A stretch of DNA of 64,000 nucleotides from Vicugna vicugna. Its lineage: Eukaryota. How positions within the stretch are numbered: the stretch's first letter is position 1; the number at the start of each line of letters is the position of its first letter. Below the pieces are notes generated by a model. The model searched no databases and was not told the DNA's origin. It worked only from the letters and a program-made list of their open reading frames with translations. Below, in pieces: positions 12,650 through 23,660 of this stretch. Made by a program: the position numbers and the translations under genes. The stretch lies in contig MU058387.1 of the NCBI GenBank assembly GCA_013265495.1, positions 1,054,001 to 1,118,000 on the forward strand, read 5' to 3'.

Positions 12650-12760
12650 TATTTCAAAGGGAATCAAAGGAATATACGTTTACAGGGTTCAGAATAGTGC
12701 CTGGCCAAAGTAATGGTATGTGAAGTACGTAAGAGCTGTATGTTGCTATTAGTTTTATTT
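12588..12760 (+). mobile_element. MIR SINE core and 3' part (right arm of the inverted repeat)
   Basis: ACTAGCT...GCAAGGTCCTTAACCTCTC...CTCAG...ATAATAGT...AGAATAGTGCCTGGC. Confidence 0.75.
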
Positions 12761-13594
12761 ATCGTATATGACATCATTGGTGTTTACTAAAGGAGTTTTT
12801 AAAAACAGATTCTCAAAAACAAAAGAAACATGTAACCTAGCTTAAAGTCTAACTCAGTACACAACTTAATAAAAGTACTTAAAAATAGCTATAGTATTTT
12901 TTCCTCTTCAGGAGACTTGGCAAGACTGGAGTGTAGCTCTCGCTTCCTCCTTTGTACCCCAAGACAAACTCTTATCTTCAGGAGAATCTCTACCTTCTTT
13001 GTGGTTGCGCTTGGAGGCAAGGATAAGATATCCACTCTTACACTTGTTAAGTGTCAAAATTTACACAGAGCCCTAATCATGAGCTGTCCTTGCCTTGCTT
13101 TAGGCATTGTGCCAGGCTGTGAAGTTGAATATTCAGTTGGGTTTGTATCTCATCATTGCAGCTATGGCCTTCCAGGGGGGACCAAAATGGCCAGACAGAG
13201 ATGAATTAATGAAGCTCTGTGGGGAGTCTAAACAGAGACAAAAGTTTTCATCTATATTTGTTTAAGAACGTTGAAGTAGAGATTGCTTTCCAAATGCCAT
13301 GTCTAATTTAAGAGCAGGCCTGCAGTGGTAATAGCCCAGTATCACCACGTCTCCACTGCCTGCTAAAGCTGATACCAGGCGATGTCACACTGGGAAAACA
13401 ATTATATCAACATAATTGGAAAATATTTTTTCAGTGCAGTTCTGCCTTAATTAAAGCTCATTTTACATCTTGAGGAAGGAAGTGTTTTCTCCAAACTTTG
13501 AGGTATATTCAAATGTCTTTGGGAAAAAAAAAATAAAGCCTACATGAAACACACAAAGGAAGGCTGTGCAGATTAGGGATATAGAGAATCAGAG

Positions 13595-13790
13595 AACTGA
13601 ATGGAGATTTTTACCTCAGGGGATCCCAGTGTGAATCCCAGTCCTGCCATTTACTTAGGCAAATGACCTTGGGCAGGTGATTCCAAATCTGTAAGTCTAG
13701 GTCTTTCTCCCCCTCTGAAAATGTCCATGAAGAATGTGTGCTTCTGAGTAGTATTGTCGGAGATGACAACTTGCTCATGAAAATATCTTG
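13595..13790 (+). mobile_element. MIR SINE
   Basis: GAATCCCAGTCCTGCCATTTACT...TGACCTTGGGCAGGTGA. Confidence 0.8.
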
Positions 13791-14589
13791 AGAAGAATAG
13801 AGGTTGAGGGTGAGATCCTGGGGACATATGGTGGCAGCTCAGCTGCTCTGCATGACCAAGTGAGACAAATTGTGTCATGCTCCTGAGAGTAGGTAGCATA
13901 AAGAGGGGAAAGAGGAGATGAACCTAACAAAATGGCACAAGGCTGGTCCATGAGGGTTCAGAGATGTTAGGCAATAGTGACTGGACCTTTAAGATATGAA
14001 ATAATGAGAAAATCTAACATACATTTTTTGTACCGCTATTCTTTGCTCTTGATACACCTCCTCTTATTATTCTAGAATTCTCCATGATTAGCTCCCTATA
14101 ACATTAGGGATTATGTGAGCATTATTGTTGGTGGTGTCAGTGGTGGGAAAGTAAGGAGAGGGGAGATTTATCTGAATTTTAACTCTGATTCTATACGGTT
14201 TAGGAAAAGGGCACTACTGGAATCAGGAGCTTGGTCAGAGAGGTGACAGTGACCACAGAAAAAAAAACCACAAATACCTGATGAGATCAGGTTTGCCACT
14301 GGCTATGGAAGAGGGCTCAAACATACAACAGTCAACACACAGACTGGCGCGGATGAGCACTCAATTAGTTTTTATGACAGTTGTTAAACCAAGGAGAAAA
14401 TCCCAAAACAATAACATTATGGTTTGACTGTATAATAGTTCACCCTTTACAATGTCATCTCATTTTTGTAATCTCCTAGTCTTATGTTTCAAGTTGTTCC
14501 TTTCCTTCTGCAATGATTTTCCAGAATGTCCTCAGAATATTAGTCATTACAATTTACACAAGCTTGGTTCCACATTTGTTCTAGATGAC

Positions 14590-14860
14590 ACTCTCCAGGA
14601 GTGAGGTTATCTCCATCTTGTATACCTCTGTCTTCACAAAGCCTAGCAGAGCGCCTGGTGCATAGTTGCAAGCAACAAACATTTTCTAAATGAATCAGTA
14701 TGTTTGATTCTCACAGTAATAGACAGAAGGGATATTATATCTTTTTACCTGTGGGAAAACTGAAGATCAGACTGATGTGCCCAAAGTTGCAAAAATAATA
14801 ATAGAGTCATGACTTAGACCTGGGCCTTGTCCAAGTTTAGAATTCCTCTCATTGTGCTTT
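14590..14860. mobile_element. L2 3' end (+) followed by MIR fragment (-)
   Basis: GCCTAGCAGAGCGCCTGGTGCATAG...AAATGAAT (L2 tail); GGGAAAACTGAAGATCAGA...TGCCCAAAGTTGCA (MIR). Confidence 0.65.
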
Positions 14861-15445
14861 TTGTGTCACCACAAATTTTTTCAATCAGATAAGGCAAAAA
14901 GTAGTAGGTTTTAACATTTCTGAGATAATTACCTAAATTTTATGGAAAATTAGACAACTCCCTCATCCTAATGATTACCACTCTAAAAAGTCTGTTTAAT
15001 GACAAATTTTATAAATTTGTATCTCTTTGGTGCTGGATTTAGCCTTTATCCCTCAAAATGAAGTTGTGTAAGTTTTAATTTGTTATGACATTTCCAGCCA
15101 AGAAGCAATGAATGTTCCTTGTGCTTGATGTAACAAAGTCATGACCTTGAGATTTATTCTAGGAACTTGAAAATCTGTCCCTAGGTCATCCTTACTCTAG
15201 ATGGTTAGCTGCTGGTTACCCTAGACATTGCCTTTAAATGTTACAAAAAAAAAAAAAAGGCATTTTGGCCATAAAGAACAGACAGAGGGGACAGTGCCAG
15301 GGGGCTCTCAAAAGCAAATACAGGCCAAATCTGTGGACACCTACCATTTACTTTCCTCTTTCCTCTTATCTGGCTTTATCATCAAACCCTGCTCTAATCT
15401 CAGATAATTGAAAGTCAGTTCTTAATTTCACCCTTTCTCAGATTA

Positions 15446-15522
15446 GTCATCTTGCTATTCACTAAGTGCATGACTTTGGCTACATACTCTTATCCACCTA
15501 TGATACCATGGTGATTGTATCA
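15446..15522 (+). repeat. Dispersed direct repeat, copy 1 (partner 16955-17034)
   Basis: 65/77 identical positions plus a 3-nt indel by manual alignment. Confidence 0.9.
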
Positions 15523-16130
15523 ATTTCAGAGCTCTTTGGCTAAAAATGGTAGAAAACAGAAATGTAGTAGCTTAAAAACACACAGGTTTATTTATTTTCT
15601 ATGATAATAAATCCAGAGGAAGCCACTCAAGAGCAGGGAGGGCTGCTTAGTGATAACGTGCTTTTTTCCTATTTTTTTTCTCTTTCTAAAGAAAGTATCA
15701 TTTTATTTTATGTGATGTTTCTTTCTTCATTAACGACTAACTGTGGCTACAAAATGATATGATGTTTGGGTTCCATACTGTATGACATTCAAATGAAATT
15801 TCAAGATCTTTCCAGAATTTTCTGCATCATGGACTTTCTGGTTTGTTCCAGCAGGCTAAGTTCGACAGAATGCCAGCACAAGTGAGGACACACTCCTTTC
15901 TGTCCTTCTGCTCAGCCCAGTAACTCTTCCCCATGTAGTTTCATGACAGCAGCTGCACCTTCAGACATCCGCTGTGCATTTCTCAGGGAAGTCTTGCCTT
16001 TTCATTCATACAGATCATAGTCTAGATTTTTTTGATCAGGTATATATCATATGGTTAACAGTAGCTGGAAGGTGGCCAGTGAAAAAAGGGTGTGGATAAT
16101 AGCTGGATTAGAAAACCAGTAGTGTCCATC
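15516..16130 (-). mobile_element. MLT1K/L-like LTR, interrupted by an insertion at ~15661-15880
   Basis: TGTATCA...GTAGCTTAAA...AAATCCAGAGG...GGCTGCTTAGTGA | CCTTTCTGTCCTTCTGCTC...ATGACAGCAGCTGCACCTTCAGACATC...TAGCTGGAAGG. Confidence 0.6.
15661..15880 (-). pseudogene. Candidate retrocopied mRNA 3' end (source gene unknown)
   Basis: On the minus strand, AATAAA (15702-15707) lies ~14 nt upstream of a degenerate poly(A) tail (15662-15687). The segment interrupts an MLT1 LTR. No clear TSD. Confidence 0.4.
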
Positions 16131-16264
16131 TAAATGACGTTACTGAAGGTAATCACAAAATTTTAATTTTCTCAGTGCTACTATCACAGATATCGAAGGG
16201 GTAGGAGAGAGGATAAGTAACTCTAATATACCTAATTTCTACAGTAAAACTTTGTGTCCCAGAA

Positions 16265-16390
16265 TCTCAGAATCTTAAACATGGCAAGGACTTTAGAGGT
16301 CATCTCGAACAATTGAGTATTCAATGCTGATTTTCGTGAAAACAAATTTGCTTAACCTGCCTTAGAAAAATCTTCAGCGATCTCCATGAG
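16265..16390 (-). mobile_element. L3/MIR3-type 3' end fragment
   Basis: CAGAATCTT...GGCAAGGACTTTAGAGGTCATCT resembles the antisense L3/MIR3 terminus. Confidence 0.45.
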
Positions 16391-16904
16391 CCAATGGCTG
16401 GCTGAGGTTGCCATCAGGAGAGTGTGGCTTTTGATTTGCTTTAGTTCTCCTTAATGGAGCCACCTACTAAGTAAAGTGTCTCTCTGGTCAGCTTTCCCCC
16501 TGGGCTCAGCTGGGAGGAAGAAAGTGCACAGCAGAATACACAATAGCATACTTATCTGGAGTTCTTCTCCCCGGTAGCTGCTGCTGTTCTGGCATACTAA
16601 CAGATAAGTGGAATATTCGGAGGGTGAAATCAATGGGGAAGAACAAGAAATGCTGTCAGGGAGACTGCCAACGAGTCCCTTTCCTAGAACATCATCCATC
16701 CTCCGAAGGTGATGTGGGTGGGAAGCTAAATTGTCAGTTCATTTTGCTGAATTAAAAAGGGAAGGATATTAGAAATAAGGAGTCTGAAGTGGTTCCCCCA
16801 GAGTATGACTGGATAAAAGAAGCTGTACTGTGTATTGACAGGCTTGAATTAGCTCAGCTAGATGGAGACAATTTAATATTTCATTGCAGCTGAACTGTAT
16901 TTGT

Positions 16905-17039
16905 ATATGTATACACACACACACACACACACATACATATGTCTACATATGTTTGTCATCTCCTTGCTACTCACTAAGTGCATGATTTTGGCCATGTACT
17001 CTTATGTATGTATTATACTTTGGTGATTGTATCATATAA

Positions 17040-17076
<37 letters not shown>

Positions 17077-17184
17077 CCTTGGTAACTATCATGTGTGTAT
17101 ATATAAATAAATAAATAAATAAATAAATAAATTATACACACACACACACACATACACACACACATACATATATATATATATATG
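16905..17184. repeat. Compound microsatellite cluster: (CA)n, (TG)16, (TAAA)n, (CA)n, (TA)n
   Basis: Read directly; (TG)16 at 17041-17072. Confidence 0.95.
16955..17034 (+). repeat. Dispersed direct repeat, copy 2 (partner 15446-15522)
   Basis: GTCATCTCCTTGCTACTCACTAAGTGCATGATTTTGGCC...TGGTGATTGTATCA. Confidence 0.9.
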
Positions 17185-19121
17185 CTGATCTGGTCTTTAA
17201 TAGTCAAGGAAGTGAAAATAAAAAAGGGGCCTTTTATTTTTGAGTGAGCAGTTCATCCTGTTTTGAGATAGCACGTAAAATGAACATTCTCATAAATTAC
17301 CTGTTTTTGAAAAACAAAACAAAACAATACCAAAAGATCTCTCAACTCATCCACCACATTGCCCCAGAGAGATTACATCAAAATATGCACATTGCCCTTT
17401 TCAAACTGCTGTGGAAACTGGTATGACTGAAAACAACCATCTCTATGCCCTTTTAGGCCATAGTTCTGACATATTTTAGATAATGTGAAAGGCACCAAAA
17501 ATTTTTTTTTTAATTCTTTTAACCTAGAAAGAATTTTCTGCTATATAGTCTCTAATAGAATGCAATTTATTTGATATGATTTATGTTACATTAGGTTGGA
17601 TTTCCAAATCTTTAAAATATATGTTTTTCCTCCTGCCTCTGAGAGATGGCAAAAGAATTAGTAGAACTTGCTCAACAATTCACAAAAATTTGATTGACTG
17701 CACAGAGATATTTAATAAACCACTTAACTCATATTGTTTTTTACCCAATTCCAAATAGTTTTCATTATCACTATGTATTTATATGTTTAATACTTTATGG
17801 ACAGCGTAACTTTTTATGTACATAAGAAACTACTGATCTTTAATCGTCAGGGGAAAAAAGGAGGTTAATGGGAGCTTTTTTATACACACATAGCATCTTA
17901 TATTCAGCCATATCATAAGAGACCGACTTTCAGAATTTCTCAGTTCTTCTTTTTAAATTTACTCTGTTTTTATCCATCAGAAGGCGCTGACACTTTTGCC
18001 CACATAACCTTAGGGAGGTGAGACAGGAAGGTAGGTATATAGAGAGGTGGTTGGACAGATATACGCTGTGGCTCAAAAAAGAAACTCAAGTTGAGTATCT
18101 GTTGACATAAGTTTCAGAAAAGGATTCTTGTATACCACAGGGAGCTCTAGTAGAGTTCTTGCTAGAACTTTCCTCTTGAGGGAAATTCACTGGCTTTCTG
18201 ACTTCAAATGGCTGCTTGAGCAAGAGAGGTACTTTTCCTCTTTTCAAGTTTAATAATTATCCAAGATTTCTACGAAAGTATTATTTTGGTGATATCTCCT
18301 ATAACCAAAACTACAGTACATTACTTACATCTTTGAATTTATTTTCTTTTGATTTAGTGAAGTGAAATATTTACCTGAAGTAAGATTACAAGGACATTTA
18401 TCAAATATAGACCAAAGGACCATAAAAAAAAGCTTCATAATATTTAAATGAATGGGCAAGTTCTGGATATCCATTGGCCTTCAATCTGCTAGCAATCTCT
18501 TTAGTTTCTGTTATAACTGATCCAATCTGATGCACCATTTTTATAATAGTCTACAACACCTCTCTGAGGATAGTCAATGATTTGTACATTCATTTCCATC
18601 TTGGGAAGACAAAGATGAACCCCAAACGGTTACAAATATTCCAAGGATCAGGTAGCAAATGAGAAAGAAATTAATACTCAGGAATTCAATTGATGGCCCT
18701 ACTGATATTTTGCTTTGTTGGGCCTGAAGGCCTCTTACTAAGGTAATCTACCCTTCCTCAGGGTTTATATATCCTTTGTTATTGCCTCAGGTATCCAATG
18801 GGTTGTTCCTTTGCTTTTTGTTTTTTTCTCCTTTCATATTATCTCTTGATTCTTCTGTTTTCCATGAAGCTTCTGGTTTATATTTTCTTTTTAGGCTATT
18901 AATATCATTATAGGTAAGACATAAAATCTAAATCCATGGTAACATGTATGACTTTGCCTTTATACCACAGTTTTCTCCAGTGTAAAGCTAGGTATGTGCA
19001 GTAGATGCAAAGACAGGATCCAACTGAGTTGCATGCATGAGCAATCAAACTCAGCGGTTTGCTGACAGAGGTGCTTCGTTGCATCTGGGAAGAACATGAA
19101 GAGATCACTTGAAGTAGGCAG

Positions 19122-20320
19122 CATCAAGTTTCTCCACTGTTAAGCTGCTCTCTACCACCACCTGCACCTCACTCACCACACTGTGCTGTTTAGAAGGAAG
19201 TCATCATGCATAGCCCATGCTTAAGGAGTGGGGAGTTATGCTCCACCTCCTTAAGGGTGAAGTAGCTACATAAGTTATCTCGAATTTTTCTGTAGGTGAA
19301 ATTTATTTATTCTCTCTCATTTTAAACATTTATTTATATCAGTATGCACTCAGGATATTATTTAATGTTTTTGGTTATAACCCAATAATTCTTTGCTATA
19401 TATATATATATATCATATAAATATATGATACATATATTTATATATAATTTTACATGTAAGTATACGTAACATTCTGTGTATATATTAAGCTAAATATGAG
19501 TTCGTACTAATATCTTCAACTCTAATCCATTATCTCCTGAATCATTTTGCCTTCTCTCCTTGTCATCTGTAAAACCTGTCACTCCAAAATAAAGAAATCT
19601 AGCTCCCATGAATTGTCTTATAACACTTTATGCAAGACAAGTTTGCTAGCAATAAAAAGAATCCTTCAGGTTTTTTTTTCTTCTTTTTTGATTTCTTCTT
19701 CACTTTTCCATGATAATTTCACTAGATATAAAATTCCAGTTTGGTGTTTTGTTTTGTTAATGTTTTAAATATTTCACTCCCTTCTCCTTTTCTTGCTTGC
19801 ATGATTTCTCTGATAAGTCTGCTTTAATTCTTGTCCTTATTCCTCTATAGTAAGATTGTTTTTTTTTTCAATCTGGATACTTTTAAGATATTCTTTTTGT
19901 CTTTGGGTTTCTGTAGTTTTAATATGATATGCTTTAAGAGTGATTTTTTTAAACATATTTAATCTGCTGGTTCTCTGAATTTCCTGGATTTGTTTCTTGG
20001 TATCTGTCATTAATTCTGGACATTTCTTAGCCATTATTACTTCACATCTTTTCTTTACTCCATTCTCTGTAGCTTCCTAACAACAATAAATATTTTGCAC
20101 CTTTGGAAATAATATCACGATTCTTTAAAATTCTGTCTTTTTTTTATTATTCTTTTTTCTCTTTGCATATATTTTGGGAAATTTCTTATCCCTATTTTCA
20201 ACTTCACTTATTTTTCCCTCAGCCATGTGGAGTTTACTAACAAGCCATCAAAGGCATTCATCTTTTTCTGCTGCAGTTTTTTTTCCCCTAGTATTTCCTT
20301 TTGTTTCTTTCTATTTTACA
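19122..20320 (-). mobile_element. L1MC/L1MD-type remnant (3' UTR piece joined to ORF1-region piece)
   Basis: GAAGGAAGTCA...AGCCCA...TTAAGGAGTGGGGAGTTATGCTCCACCTCCTT is an L1MD/MC 3' motif. ORF 19837-20034(-) MAKKCPELMTDTKKQIQEIQRTSR resembles L1 ORF1p (MAENFP.L.KD...QIQEAQRTP.R). Confidence 0.8.
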
Positions 20321-22124
20321 TATGTTCTGCTTGGCTCACAGAAACTTCAGTTGTCTTTCCATAAGACTAAGATTCTGAGTGATTAAGTACAATTAAGTCA
20401 ATCATGTAGGCATATTTCAAATACCTAGATTTTTGGAAATGATCAGATTAAGCATTAAGATTAAGTTGTCTCATTTAAAACTAGTTTATTTTCTTTGCTT
20501 CATTTACATATGTTCTTATGCCTGTCTTAGAAGGAAGCAGAATTCAATTTTAGTTGTATGTTTAAGTGAGTTTGGAGTAACGGTGCCAAGATAGGTATAG
20601 AACCACAGCATATGCTAAAATCTAAATTCTGGAGTCCGAAGTTGATCAAGGGCTAAATCAGAGTAAAGAACATAATTAGAATTACCTACATTTGGGGACT
20701 GAAACTGTCATGATACAATCTTTGAGTCATTATCTGGACCAAGTCAATTGGATCTAATGTGAACACTGAGTGATGGAATAAGACTGCGGCAAAATGTAAG
20801 TGAAAGAAATTTCTATGAGCAGACTTTGTTATCTTTCTATAATGAAGGCTGAAAACTACTCCCTTGTTGGTTCATTTTCGTACAGATTAAAGGACCAGTA
20901 TAAAGACTAGTAACCGGTGAGAAGTGGGCAGAATTTACTTAAATCCTTTCTTGAAAAAGGCTAATTATAAAGAAACAAATAAATACTGACAAATAATCGA
21001 TGTGAGAAACCCTAAATGCAGATAGCACATGCTACAATAAATTTAAACAAATGCTATACAGTAATATAATTCATTATACTCACTAAATGTTGAGTAAGAC
21101 ACATAAACACTTTTACAGCCCCACCCCCAAATTCCTACTTTCAGCCCAGAGTGCACCGTTTTTATAATCAAAGTTTCTCAAAGCATTTCCTTTGAAAAGG
21201 TTAGCATCAGCATGACACATGGGGGAACCTGCAAAAGCAACGCTCAATTCCAGCAGTTTATTTTCAACACAAACAGTAAACAATTGCTCATTCTTTGTAC
21301 TTTGAACTGAGAAAAGAAGAAAAGTGTTCAAATACCAAACCTCCAAAATAGTCTAGTTTTTTCTGAAAGAGCAAGAAGAAATGATTTTCTTACAACCACT
21401 TGAAACAATAACACGCAGGGACAGTCATAATAGGGTAAAATTTTTTGCAATACCCGTCTCTAGACACTCAGCTTAGGTGTCTTCATGTGGTGACTCAAGA
21501 GTTCAATGACGCTATTTTTAAAAATAAACAACAATGAAGCTCTGAGTCTGACAGACTCCATTCCTTTCTCAAAACATCAACCCCATGCTAATGTAGAGCT
21601 GGCTCTATGCATCCTTTTAATTACTATCAAAGTTATCCCAAGCAAATTGCTTTCTAACGAAAATAACAAAAGCATTGTGTCTCCTTTTGCAGACAATTTT
21701 TGGGCGAAAACAAGAGACTGGAATACTGGCAACTTATCTTCTGGTGGTAGGATTAGTTTGCTGGGGGAAAAAAAAACTGTAGAAAAGTGAGATTGGAAGG
21801 TGGGCAGAACTAACTGAGCCTTGGAGAGGAAGGAAACAGTTTTTTTTTGTCAGTGTATTCCCAGTCCAGGGCAGGGTCATGTGCTCAATTATTGTTTGTG
21901 GGATGAATGAGTGAATGAATGGACAAACTATGAAAATCCCCACAAGAATGTTTTCTACAACACAAAGTAATTTTTTCTCCACTCCAATTGTGAGATCAGA
22001 GCTTATGGATACACTTCTCATGTTCAACATGTCACTTGAGATAGCTCCCATGGGGAGGTCATTCTTTCAGTGATGAAATCTATATTGAGAACAGAAAATT
22101 CTGTGTTTCAGGAAATTTACTGGG

Positions 22125-22470
22125 CTTGTGAGGCATATTCAAGAGCACTACACATAGTTCCCTTCCTTCAGAGAGCTACAGTATAATGGAAGAGATAGAC
22201 GTTAATCAAATCACTTCTTCAATATATAATCATAACTTGCGATAATTGTCGCAGAAGAAAAGTACAGAGGCCCGTAGGAGTCCCTCGAGGGCACTCATCT
22301 GGTTGAAGAGCTGGTGAAGAAGCATCCTGGAGAAATGGTGCTGGAGCTGAGACAAAAATTGGAAAGGAATTGACTATAGTTGAATATAATGTAGGACAGT
22401 GGCTATTGGATAGGAACGAGAAAGAAGGTATTAAAACCCTGAAGTGGGTGGGGAAGTCAATCGAATTCAC
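22125..22470 (-). mobile_element. L2 fragment
   Basis: CCTTCCTTCAGAGAGCTACAGTATAATGG...GAAGCATCCTGGAGAAATGG...GAGCTGAGAC antisense L2 pattern. Confidence 0.6.
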
Positions 22471-22799
22471 AGCTAGACTTTGTAGAGCTAGGTCCAGACA
22501 GAACACGCCAGATGGATTCACGTGTATCTGCCTGAGAGTGGGACAGTCCCAATGTATCAGAACCCCCTCATTTACTGAAGCACTGAGACAATCCCTGGCC
22601 AGACCGGAGCCCAAATAACAGTACTGTTTCACACAAGACAACTACTGTGTTTGCCTAAGCCAGATACAACTGTGACTTCCCACATTGAGGATTTCCAAAG
22701 TCTTTCTTAGAAAACACACCTGTCTTCAGAGAGCACGTGTGTAACGCATGAGTCATTCAGATTGAATCTCCCCCTTTTTTAAATCTGAAACTTATCTTT

Positions 22800-23660
22800 T
22801 CTCACAAGTTTGTTCTCTTTTCTTATTAGATACCTTGATAATGGCTCTACCAGATATATTCTCACCGGGCCTGCTGGGACTTCCATCAATGTGCAAATCC
22901 AACCACGTCATTTCCCTGCTGAAGCTTCAGTCTTTTTCTGTGACTTAAAGAAAGCCCAGGTTCCTAGTTGGACATTTAGACCCCTAATGATTTGGCCTCT
23001 TTCTCTGTGCAATTTATAATCACATGACAAAAGCATTGCTTTAGAGTCTGTAAAAATGCAGTGTGCGTCCTCCTTCTGGTATGTAAGTGACATTCCTCCT
23101 GATTAAATCAGCCTCCTCACTCTACTTCCTTGCCTGGTTAATTTCACATTTGTTTCCAGATCCACCTCCAGTTGTGTCTCCTCCAGAAAAACGTTCATGA
23201 TAATGAAGTAGGCGGATGTAAAGCAGAGGGTTAAAAACCTGGGCTTTGGGTTTAAATAGATATGATGGTGACTCCTGCATCTTCCACTTACAAACTGTAG
23301 AAATAATACATTTACCGCTCAGATTATGTTTATTTTTGATTAGAATGAGGACAATTATACCTACACTCTTCAGCGAGGACTCTAAGAGTGTGGCATATAA
23401 AGCACTTACCAGAGACAGTGGGATGCAATAAACATTTCATAGGTGGTGTTAATAGTCATTGTTTTGCTGTTTGTTATTGTTGTTATGTACATGATCTTCT
23501 ATTTACGTGATCTTCTGACAATACATCTACCATGATATTAAACATAAGAGACTGAAAATGTATGTTTGTACACCCACGTTTCCCTTCAAACTGCAAGATC
23601 CTTAGGGCAGAAAAAACTGGCACCCAGCAGACTGGACCATAGACATAGCCTACATCTGTT
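22800..23660 (+). mobile_element. L2 fragments interrupted by a MIR (23205-23475)
   Basis: L2: TGCCTGGTTAATTTC...TCCTCCAGAAAA, ACTGCAAGATCCTTAGGGCAG; MIR: GCAGAGGGTTAAAAACCTGGGCTTTGG...TAAAGCACTTACCAGAG. Confidence 0.65.

Noticed and set aside
15790..15835. SECIS-like stem (ATGA...GA) on the minus strand of the candidate retrocopy
   Set aside because: The apical AA spacing does not fit the SECIS consensus and helix II pairing is incomplete.
19220..19255. Hairpin CTTAAGGAGTGGGGAG...CTCCACCTCCTTAAG
   Set aside because: Largely intrinsic to the L1MD/MC 3' UTR consensus as I recall it.
20545..20620. Possible MamSINE1 or tRNA-like remnant
   Set aside because: Similarity is too weak to support by eye.
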